Made by a program: the position numbers and the translations under genes. This document shows positions 1 to 6,970 of a stretch of 7,582 nucleotides of DNA, one piece after another. Numbering within the stretch: position 1 is the first letter of the stretch; every line of letters begins with the position of its first letter. The notes under the pieces were generated by a model. That model was not told the origin of the DNA and did no database searches. It saw nothing but the letters and a program-made list of their open reading frames with translations. The stretch covers positions 1 through 7,582 of the forward strand of contig SUPR01000132.1 of assembly GCA_005191425.1 (NCBI GenBank), written 5' to 3'. This stretch comes from Candidatus Helarchaeota ASGARD archaeon Hel_GB_B. GTDB taxonomy: Archaea > Asgardarchaeota > Lokiarchaeia > Helarchaeales > HEL-GB-B.

Positions 1-458
1 CTCGAATTTTGTAAGATATCTAACATATTATAAATTTCCAAATAAGTTAATCTTGAAAGATTAAAACTTACATTATAAATGTTATAAATTTTAATTAAAT
101 TCAAAATATCTTCTAAACTAATAGTATCTTCAATTAAAATTACTGGGAAAAACCGCATATAATCAAAATAATTTTTTCTTTTGACCCAATCATTGAAATT
201 TTTAAGTTCTGTTCCATTTAATTCGATATAAAAAAAAGGGATTATTGACTTGTAATTATTTATAAAATCTAATTTTTCTAATATCTCCATTAATTGTAAA
301 TCGGTAGCCTTTTTAATAAAAAATACGGGGTTAAAAATATTTATATGCTCCAATAATTTCAATAGAAATTCTGAATTTGGATAATTTTTTTTAAAGGTAA
401 TTACAAATAATTTTTGAGAATTTGAATAAATATCATTTAACTTTTTTTCTATCTCCAT
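1..458 (-). CDS. Hypothetical protein, 3'-truncated at the window edge (>=152 aa; not in the ORF track)
   Basis: Manual translation from ATG at 458-456 gives MEIEKKLNDIYSNSQKLFVITFKKNYPNSEFLLKLLEHINIFNPVFFIKKATDLQLMEILEKLDFINNYKSIIPFFYIELNGTELKNFNDWVKRKNYFDYMRFFPVILIEDTISLEDILNLIKIYNIYNVSFNLSRLTYLEIYNMLDILQNS, with no stop before position 1. An in-frame TAA lies directly upstream (461-459). GC is about 20% by hand count (91/458), where a stop is expected about every 10 codons, so 152 open codons is very unlikely by chance. Confidence 0.85.
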   Translation of the reverse strand, partial: MEIEKKLNDIYSNSQKLFVITFKKNYPNSEFLLKLLEHINIFNPVFFIKKATDLQLMEILEKLDFINNYKSIIPFFYIELNGTELKNFNDWVKRKNYFDYMRFFPVILIEDTISLEDILNLIKIYNIYNVSFNLSRLTYLEIYNMLDILQNS

Positions 459-541
459 TTAGCATTCGACCATTTCTAAATTATTTCTGGAATAAAAATT
501 CATACATTATTAAATTTTTAAAAAAGATTTATTAACACAAC

Positions 542-554
542 TTTATGTCATAAA
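542..554. promoter_or_regulatory. Palindrome TTTATG-T-CATAAA, candidate operator upstream of the leftward ORF
   Basis: Perfect 6-bp arms around a 1-nt centre, about 85 bp upstream of the ATG at 458. It is short and AT-rich, so chance cannot be excluded. Confidence 0.25.
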
Positions 555-781
555 AAAACGAAATTTATATTATCTACTGATAATTTGAGATTAGAATATC
601 TTCAAATATCCATATATTTACTATTAAATTAATCAGAAATATAAAAATCTTTAAATATATCTTATTAAAGGTTAAAAAACTGTAATTTTTTTAAGATTCA
701 TAAAAAACAAATAAATATTCTTAAAAAAATTGAAGAATTAAGTTTTATATCTAAAAGGTAAAAGTAAATATTTTCTATATC

Positions 782-810
782 AATTTCCCAAAAAATTAGT
801 ATGGGAAATT
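782..810. promoter_or_regulatory. Inverted repeat AATTTCCCA-N11-TGGGAAATT, candidate transcription-factor site or hairpin
   Basis: Perfect 9-bp arms (782-790, 802-810) with CCC/GGG cores in an otherwise very GC-poor intergenic region, about 145 bp upstream of the glpD-like start. Confidence 0.45.
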
Positions 811-879
811 AAATAAACTCATAAATTATAAATAAAATATGAAATACAATTAAAAATAGAATAATCAGATTGATCAAAA

Positions 880-887
880 TTATAAAA
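880..887 (+). promoter_or_regulatory. Possible archaeal TATA box (TTATAAAA) for the glpD-like gene
   Basis: Matches the TTTA(A/T)A-like consensus with an A-rich BRE-like stretch upstream, and would place the TSS near 910, upstream of the RBS. Weak, because many similar AT-rich motifs occur here. Confidence 0.2.
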
Positions 888-942
888 GGTTGCTATATTT
901 GATTAATTTCTAACATGATATTTAAATTAAAGTGATGTTTGT

Positions 943-947
943 GAGGT
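943..947 (+). promoter_or_regulatory. Shine-Dalgarno-like site GAGGT for the glpD-like gene
   Basis: GAGGT (context GTGAGGTA) ends 9 nt before the ATG at 957. Confidence 0.65.
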
Positions 948-956
948 ATATATAAG

Positions 957-2624
957 ATGAATGAAAAAATTGAAAATATAAAATGGGATGCAAAAGAGCG
1001 AATTAGATATGTAAAGAAATTGAAGGAAGAAAAATTTGATATAATAATTATTGGTGGTGGAATAACAGGGGCAGGGATTTTTAGGGATATTATGATACGA
1101 AATTCTGTCCAAAATAAGAATTTAAAAGTAGCATTAATAGAAAGTAATGATTTTGCATTTGGTACTTCAAATAGATCAACAAAATTAGCACATGGAGGTA
1201 TAAGATATTTAGCACAAGGAGAATTTGATCTAGTTAAAGAGTCTGAAAATGAACGAGATTGGCTTAGGAATGGTTTTCAGAATTTAGTTCGTCCCAGATC
1301 ATTTTTATTTTGTGCATTTAAAAAATTTGAATCTAAAAGTACGATAAAGATGGGTTTAAGTATTTATGACAAACTTGCTGAAAATAAGAATTATAAACCA
1401 TATAGATGGGTTTCACAAGAAGAGTTAATGGAATTAGAACCCAACCTTAATTTTGATACTACTAGGGGAAAAGGTGGAGGAATTTATTATGATACAAATA
1501 TTAATGATGCGAGATTAACATTAGAAACAATTAAAGAAGGAGTATATTATGGTGGATATGCTATAAATTATGTTGATGTAGAAGATTTTATCGAAAAAGA
1601 AAATAAAATTGTTGGGTTAAAAGTTCATGATAAATTGAATGATGATAAGTTTATAATTGATACTAAGAAAGTAGTAAATGCAACTGGTATATGGGTAGAT
1701 AACTTTCTAAAAAATAGAGATATAAAATTGATTAGACCTACTAAAGGAGTACATATTGTAGTTCCTGAAGAGAGTATTGGATGTAATAATGCGGTTATAA
1801 TTCGAAGTATTGATGATGGGCGACATTTTTTCTGTATCCCTAGAGGTAAATTTGTTTTAATAGGGACTACTGATACAGATTATGAAGGTCCTTTTGATGC
1901 AGTATATTGCAGTCAGGAAGATTCAGATTATATGACAAGATCAGTTAAATATTATTTTCCAAAATCAAAACTCGATAATGAGTATATTATTTCATCATAT
2001 GCTGGGTTAAGACCATTAATAAGAGAAGAAGGGAAATCTGAAAGTGAAGTTTCAAGAAAACATATGATTTTAGAATCTCCGAATGGTTTAATAACTATTT
2101 CAGGTGGAAAATTAACAATTTTCAGGAAAATGGGTGAAGATTTAGTCCAAAAATTAATTAGTTCTAATTCATTAGCTTTAAAATTTGAAAAAGATCTTAC
2201 AAAAAGGACATATTTAATTAGCTACTCTAGAGATGAATGGAAGAAAAACAAATCGAAGTATAAACTGGACGAAGACATATTAGATCATCTTTATCAAGAA
2301 TATGGAAAAGGGATAAATGAAATTATGAAGTTAATTGAAGATAATGAAAAACTAAAAGAACGCATTATAAATGATAGACCATTTATTCTTGGAGAATTTC
2401 TTTACATTATAAAACATGAATTTGCACCAAAATTGATTGATGTTCTTTATCGTAGATCAGAGGTATGGATGTTAGTCCATCCTAAATTTCAAGCTGATGT
2501 TGCAAAAAAGGTGGCTGAATTAATGGCAGAACATTACAAGTGGTCTAATGATCGCAAACAAATTGAAATCGAAGAATATTTAAATGAAATAAAGAAAAAT
2601 AGTTTCTTTTGGAAGGGTAAATAA
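957..2624 (+). CDS. glpD: FAD-dependent glycerol-3-phosphate dehydrogenase/oxidase (GlpD/GlpA/GlpO family), 555 aa
   Basis: FAD-binding motif DIIIIGGGITGAG, family signature GTSNRSTKLAHGGIRYL, and motifs YYD-x4-DARL, VNATGIW, PTKGVHIV, IGTTD, AGLRPL, SRKH and GGKLT-x2-RKMGE. C-terminal extension typical of the alpha-glycerophosphate oxidase C-domain. RBS present. Confidence 0.93.
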   Translation: MNEKIENIKWDAKERIRYVKKLKEEKFDIIIIGGGITGAGIFRDIMIRNSVQNKNLKVALIESNDFAFGTSNRSTKLAHGGIRYLAQGEFDLVKESENERDWLRNGFQNLVRPRSFLFCAFKKFESKSTIKMGLSIYDKLAENKNYKPYRWVSQEELMELEPNLNFDTTRGKGGGIYYDTNINDARLTLETIKEGVYYGGYAINYVDVEDFIEKENKIVGLKVHDKLNDDKFIIDTKKVVNATGIWVDNFLKNRDIKLIRPTKGVHIVVPEESIGCNNAVIIRSIDDGRHFFCIPRGKFVLIGTTDTDYEGPFDAVYCSQEDSDYMTRSVKYYFPKSKLDNEYIISSYAGLRPLIREEGKSESEVSRKHMILESPNGLITISGGKLTIFRKMGEDLVQKLISSNSLALKFEKDLTKRTYLISYSRDEWKKNKSKYKLDEDILDHLYQEYGKGINEIMKLIEDNEKLKERIINDRPFILGEFLYIIKHEFAPKLIDVLYRRSEVWMLVHPKFQADVAKKVAELMAEHYKWSNDRKQIEIEEYLNEIKKNSFFWKGK

Positions 2625-2639
2625 ATTAGGACATTTTTA

Positions 2640-4415
2640 TTATTCCTTCGGGATTCCCTCTTTCGTCCAGCCCCGAAGAGAATAATATTCATCTAACATT
2701 TTATCATATTTATCATAGTCTAAATTTAATTTCTTACCATATTTTGTCGTAATAGATTCTTTATAGACTCTTGAAGGCATATAATCATCTTTTCTTGAGA
2801 ATCCTTCTCTAATATTGAATTTTCTACTTAATGTGATTATTTCTGATGCAATATTTCTGATTTTATCTTTATTAATTTTAGCATTAAAAATGACATTATA
2901 AATTTCGGCAAATAAATCCCAATCAAGGATATCCCTAATAAATTTGCAAACAATCAATGAATCAATTAATGCCATTTTATCTTCTTGTTCAATCATCGGG
3001 GCAACTTTATTTTCATAACTTAGATAATCCGGTAAATTACGTTCAATATTATGAAATGTAGAGCGTAGGTGCGTAGCTCCTTCAGGCGATACGCCATAAC
3101 TAATTGCAAACCCTCGGAAAGCTCTTGGATCATAGCCAGGAAATTCTAGTCCTTTTACATGCATTGCGATATCCTCTAAATGGTACTTTTTTGAAATATA
3201 TTTTATTCCTTCAGCAAAATCATTTCCAATTCCTTTTCTATAAACTATATCATTTAAAAATTTTAAAAGTTCTAATGGTTTATTATAATCTAATTTAAAT
3301 TTATTATTATTCGGAAGAATACCAAGATGTTTTGCTTCAATAGCAAGTCCACATAAATTTCCAGCTGTTATCGTATCAATTCCCATTCTATCACAATATT
3401 CATTTAATTTAGCGATAGCTTTAATATCTCGAATATCACAGATACCACCAAAAACAGCAATTGTTTCATATTCTGGGCCTTCTAAATTACATTTGAATGG
3501 TCCCTCTTCAACTTCTACATATTTACTACAAGTAAATGGGCAATTCCAACATCCAGTTCGTTTTTTAAGAATTTGGTTGATTATAGCATATGCATCAAAA
3601 TTTTTACTATATTCAGAGTATCCTGCAGTAAAATATCTGGTAGGAAAGCATCCTAATTCATTTGTCCACTCAACGATTGATGGAGTACCTAATTTTCTAT
3701 AAATGCCATTACTTCCATAAAGATCTTCTCTATCATGAATTTTATTAATAACTTTCTTAACTAATTTTCTAAATTCAAGGTTTTTATTTAATGCAGGTCT
3801 TTTTGTACCTGAAAAAATTATTGCTTTAAGTTTTTTAGATCCCATTACAGCACCAGGACCACATCTTCCTGCAGAATGGTGTTTATTATTTTGAATATTA
3901 GCGAATTTTACTTTATTTTCGCCAGCTGGGCCTATAACTAATACATCGATATCCTTTTTACTCTTAATTCCTAGTAAATCATATGTTTCAAGTGTATCTT
4001 TTCCCCATAAATGTGATGCATCTCGAAATTCTACTGATGATTCTGTAATAAATAAATAAATAGGGCGTTTAGAAATTCCTTCAATTATAATTGTGAAATA
4101 CCCAGCTGCTCGCATTTTTTGCACTGCACCCCCACCAGAGTAGCTCTCTGCAAAAGCCCCAGTTAAAGGACTTTTATATATAATTCCATAACGATTACTG
4201 GTCGGAAATACGGTACCGGTCAGTGGACCTGAAACAAAAATTATTTTATTTTTTGGTCCAAGTGGGTCAATTCCAGGTTCTAATTCATCAAGCAAAAGTT
4301 TTGAACCTAAACCTTTGCCACCAATATATTCTTTTAGTAAATCAATGGAAATTTCTTCAATTTTAGTTTTTTCAGTGGTAAGGTCGACTCTTAATAGCCT
4401 ATAATCAAAATTCAA
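2640..4415 (-). CDS. aor: Tungsten-containing aldehyde:ferredoxin oxidoreductase family protein (AOR), 591 aa, TTG start
   Basis: Motifs LRVDLT, GGKGLG, SGPLTG, KSPLTG-x3-ESYSGG, IGPAGEN, GAVMGSKKLKAI, 4Fe-4S CWNCPFTC (3528-3551) plus distal DSLIVCKF, EYET, CD-x2-GIDTI, HVKGLE-x-PGYDPR and GATH. The start codon is TTG (caa at 4413-4415) with an AGGTGA RBS upstream. Confidence 0.95.
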   Translation of the reverse strand: MNFDYRLLRVDLTTEKTKIEEISIDLLKEYIGGKGLGSKLLLDELEPGIDPLGPKNKIIFVSGPLTGTVFPTSNRYGIIYKSPLTGAFAESYSGGGAVQKMRAAGYFTIIIEGISKRPIYLFITESSVEFRDASHLWGKDTLETYDLLGIKSKKDIDVLVIGPAGENKVKFANIQNNKHHSAGRCGPGAVMGSKKLKAIIFSGTKRPALNKNLEFRKLVKKVINKIHDREDLYGSNGIYRKLGTPSIVEWTNELGCFPTRYFTAGYSEYSKNFDAYAIINQILKKRTGCWNCPFTCSKYVEVEEGPFKCNLEGPEYETIAVFGGICDIRDIKAIAKLNEYCDRMGIDTITAGNLCGLAIEAKHLGILPNNNKFKLDYNKPLELLKFLNDIVYRKGIGNDFAEGIKYISKKYHLEDIAMHVKGLEFPGYDPRAFRGFAISYGVSPEGATHLRSTFHNIERNLPDYLSYENKVAPMIEQEDKMALIDSLIVCKFIRDILDWDLFAEIYNVIFNAKINKDKIRNIASEIITLSRKFNIREGFSRKDDYMPSRVYKESITTKYGKKLNLDYDKYDKMLDEYYSLRGWTKEGIPKE

Positions 4416-4422
4416 TTAATAT

Positions 4423-4428
4423 TCACCT
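4423..4428 (-). promoter_or_regulatory. Shine-Dalgarno site AGGTGA for aor
   Basis: tcacct at 4423-4428 reads AGGTGA on the minus strand, 7 nt before the TTG start. It lies within the 24-bp tauE-aor gap. Confidence 0.8.
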
Positions 4429-4439
4429 TTATTTTTTTA

Positions 4440-5309
4440 TTATGACGGTTTTCCGATAATAGCAAAAATAATCATCTGAATAGCGATAATAATAATTATT
4501 ATTGCAGCCATCGGTTTTAATAATTTGGATTTAATTTTATGAGCTACAAAAGCTCCTATTTGAGCTCCAATAATCATACCGATAATTATAGAAAATCCAA
4601 TAATAAAATTGACTTGATTTAGCCAAATAAAAGTAATAGCACTTGAAATCGTAGTTAAAAATATCGAAAAAATCGAGCATGCAATTGCCATATGAATTGA
4701 CATTCCACATAAAAATACATATATCTGAATATATAATGATCCACCACCAATTCCAAGCAAACTCGATAGGAATCCAGCTACAAAACTTATTGGTAATGAA
4801 AATAAGATATTTGCATTATAGTAATACTCGTTTTTTTTAGTATCAATTTTGTGTCGCGAAATTATATACCATTTTGGAGATTTATCAGGAATAATTTGGT
4901 TATTTGGATTGTCTTTATTTAACGTTAATTTTTCTTGAGGAGTCTTAGTGATAGCTAAAATTGTAGCTAAAATCATCTCAACAATTCCAAATAAAATTAC
5001 TAAAATTTGACCTGGTAGCTGAACAGAGGTATAAGCTCCAAGTATCGCTCCGATCATTGAAGTCCCAACTAAAATCCCTGTAATTAAATAATCTATTCGT
5101 TTTTGTTTAGCATATGCTATAGATGAAGACAATGCCATAAATATTATGACAAATGGAATAGTTCCAACTGTAGAATGAACATCCATCCCCGCAATAAAAA
5201 TCATTGTTGGATATAATAAAAATCCACCACCTATCCCAAATAAAGATGCTAAAAAGCCAATTCCTATAGCTATAATCATGCACAAAAACAGAATTTCTAA
5301 ATCAAGCAT
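4440..5309 (-). CDS. TauE/SafE-family (TSUP) membrane permease/exporter, 289 aa
   Basis: Highly hydrophobic, about 8 TM segments in two homologous halves, each with the family G-x-GGG motif (LFGIGGG, LLGIGGG). Also carries K-x-IDY, IGA-x2-GA repeats and an internal hydrophilic loop. Confidence 0.9.
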   Translation of the reverse strand: MLDLEILFLCMIIAIGIGFLASLFGIGGGFLLYPTMIFIAGMDVHSTVGTIPFVIIFMALSSSIAYAKQKRIDYLITGILVGTSMIGAILGAYTSVQLPGQILVILFGIVEMILATILAITKTPQEKLTLNKDNPNNQIIPDKSPKWYIISRHKIDTKKNEYYYNANILFSLPISFVAGFLSSLLGIGGGSLYIQIYVFLCGMSIHMAIACSIFSIFLTTISSAITFIWLNQVNFIIGFSIIIGMIIGAQIGAFVAHKIKSKLLKPMAAIIIIIIAIQMIIFAIIGKPS

Positions 5310-5591
5310 TTACTAAAAATTAGAAAATATAAATTTTTAAATTTATTCTAAAAATCTCTCACATTTTCAATTATTTTTAAAGACTGTAAGAAATAAAGAA
5401 ATTCACTTACAAACCCACTTTTTTAATTTTTTACAATATATTATTAGAGTTTTTATTGAAATTCAGATTAAAGAAATTACAAGATATTTATTTATACTTG
5501 ATAAAAAGATGAATTTAATTATGATATATAAAATTTCTGAGAGATAATAATAATATATATTTAAAATTTTATATTTATTTAAAATTGAATT

Positions 5592-5618
5592 AAAAAATAA
5601 AAAAGATTTTGAAATCTT
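5592..5618 (-). terminator. Candidate terminator for the corrinoid/methyltransferase unit
   Basis: The minus strand reads AAGATTT-CA-AAATCTT (arms 5612-5618 and 5603-5609), running into TTTTTTATTTTTT (5604-5592), about 50-75 nt after the stop at 5666. Oligo-U tracts are the known archaeal termination signal. Confidence 0.5.
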
Positions 5619-5632
5619 GTGTATTAGATTAC

Positions 5633-5646
5633 TTTCAAATTTGAAA
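5633..5646. repeat. Perfect 14-bp palindrome TTTCAAATTTGAAA
   Basis: Seen directly, 20 bp downstream of the methyltransferase stop and close to the candidate terminator. Function unknown. Confidence 0.5.
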
Positions 5647-5665
5647 ACATTGATAAAACAAATAG

Positions 5666-6970
5666 TTATTTATAAATACCATATTCAAATACTGCATCAG
5701 TCATTGCTTTTACATTTTCTGCTTTTGCTTCATCCGGAATTCCCGAAACTCCGCCATCAACAATATATCCCCCGCCTTCAGCACACTTTTCAATACATTT
5801 TTTAACATATTCTTTTACTTGTTTGGGTGTACCAGTAACAAGTAAAGAACCGGGGACATTTCCCCTAATACAGGCATATTCACCAAATTCTTCTTTTCCT
5901 TTAAATATATCCGATCTATCAAACCAATAAATAACTTTTCCTTTATGTTTTTTTGCAAACTCTGTTAAATAAGGGAATCTTGCAGCATATTTTCCTTCAA
6001 AAAATGGCATTGGAATTAAATTATGCTTAATCAAACCTTCCATTACTTTAGTTAATGTTGGCCAATAGAATTCCTCAAATTGCTTATTACTCATAAACCC
6101 TTCAGCTCCCCTATGTAACGGCATGAAAATAATTTTATACGAAGGAGTCATTGCGTTCATATTAATTGTAGCTTCAACTGTAGTATCAGTTAATAATTCT
6201 ACCATCTTTTTTAATTCTTCGGGTTTTCGGTACATATCAAGCATTGACCCTTGCATTCCCCTCAAAAATTCACTAACAATATCAAATGGTGCTTGTGCAA
6301 TACTCATAAATTGTATTGGATAACCTAATTTTTTCATCTTACTTTCATATACATTAATTTCTGAAAACCAATTAATAAAATAATCAACACTTTTTTGAAG
6401 TGTTTCAAGCATTTTTTTAGTTTCAGGTAGCATCAGAAAAAAAGGTAAACTAAGCATAGACATATATCCACTTACTAAATTTATTATTGTTGGAAAATTA
6501 CTGAACCCTTTAAGATATTTATAATGTCTTGGCAATATTTTTCTAACTGTAAATCCAGTTGGGTCTTCAAAAAATTCTTCATATTCATTTGCTTTCATAT
6601 GTTCTCCTTCTACAAATTGATATGGTTGGTGGTCATTCAATCGTATTTCATCTCGCTCTGCTCCGGGATACTTGAAGAAATTAGCACCTACAATATCAAA
6701 ATATTTGGCTGGATAATATACTATAATAGGCGGGACTTGATCCCAATTGTATTGCGAGAATACTTCAATAGCAGCCTGTACAGTAAGTTTAGGATTATAA
6801 AGTCCATCCTTTTTTGATATTCCCTTCTGTTCTGTGGGATAAAAAGTGCTCATTGGTGTGATAGGAACTCTATCTGGCTCTTTTAATGAAATGGCGTCCA
6901 TAACTCTTTTATTTCTTTCTTTATATAATTTTCTTGGACTTTTTTCAGACATTTTTATCAATTCATCCAT
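5666..6970 (-). CDS. Uroporphyrinogen decarboxylase (UroD/MtaA-CmuA)-fold protein, probable substrate:corrinoid methyltransferase (MT1), 434 aa (428 aa if the start is ATG 6952)
   Basis: N-terminal EPDRVP, and motifs PFD-x5-LRG-x6-DMYRKPE, PLHRG-x2-GFMS-x2-QFEEFYWP, CIRGNVP-x2-LL-x2-GTP-x2-V, GGGYI and AKAENVKAM, typical of UroD-like proteins found beside corrinoid proteins. It overlaps or abuts the corrinoid gene. It lacks the HemE signature (W-x-MRQAGR) and the MtaA H-x-C...C Zn motif. Confidence 0.85.
   Translation of the reverse strand: MDELIKMSEKSPRKLYKERNKRVMDAISLKEPDRVPITPMSTFYPTEQKGISKKDGLYNPKLTVQAAIEVFSQYNWDQVPPIIVYYPAKYFDIVGANFFKYPGAERDEIRLNDHQPYQFVEGEHMKANEYEEFFEDPTGFTVRKILPRHYKYLKGFSNFPTIINLVSGYMSMLSLPFFLMLPETKKMLETLQKSVDYFINWFSEINVYESKMKKLGYPIQFMSIAQAPFDIVSEFLRGMQGSMLDMYRKPEELKKMVELLTDTTVEATINMNAMTPSYKIIFMPLHRGAEGFMSNKQFEEFYWPTLTKVMEGLIKHNLIPMPFFEGKYAARFPYLTEFAKKHKGKVIYWFDRSDIFKGKEEFGEYACIRGNVPGSLLVTGTPKQVKEYVKKCIEKCAEGGGYIVDGGVSGIPDEAKAENVKAMTDAVFEYGIYK

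Noticed and set aside
459-956. Replication origin, CRISPR array or ncRNA in the long AT-rich gap
   Set aside because: No ORB-like G-string repeats, no regularly spaced repeats, no adjacent cdc6/cas genes and no GC-rich structured segment.
927-1112. 61-aa minus-strand ORF
   Set aside because: Antisense to the glpD 5' end, with low-complexity F/I/Y composition and no motif; a shadow ORF.
3104-3702. Plus-strand ORFs 3104-3298 and 3493-3702
   Set aside because: Entirely antisense to the well-supported aor gene, with no recognisable domains.
4800-4950. Long hydrophilic loop in the TSUP permease as a novel domain
   Set aside because: A variable central loop between the two repeats is common in this family, and no motif is visible.
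5310-5355. Imperfect inverted repeat / possible tungstate-regulator box upstream of the permease
   Set aside because: The arms are almost all A/T and need bulges; indistinguishable from background.
5666-6970. Annotation as true uroporphyrinogen decarboxylase (hemE) or as mtaA
   Set aside because: The HemE N-terminal signature and the MtaA Zn ligands are absent, the protein is longer than typical HemE, and it is coupled to a corrinoid protein.
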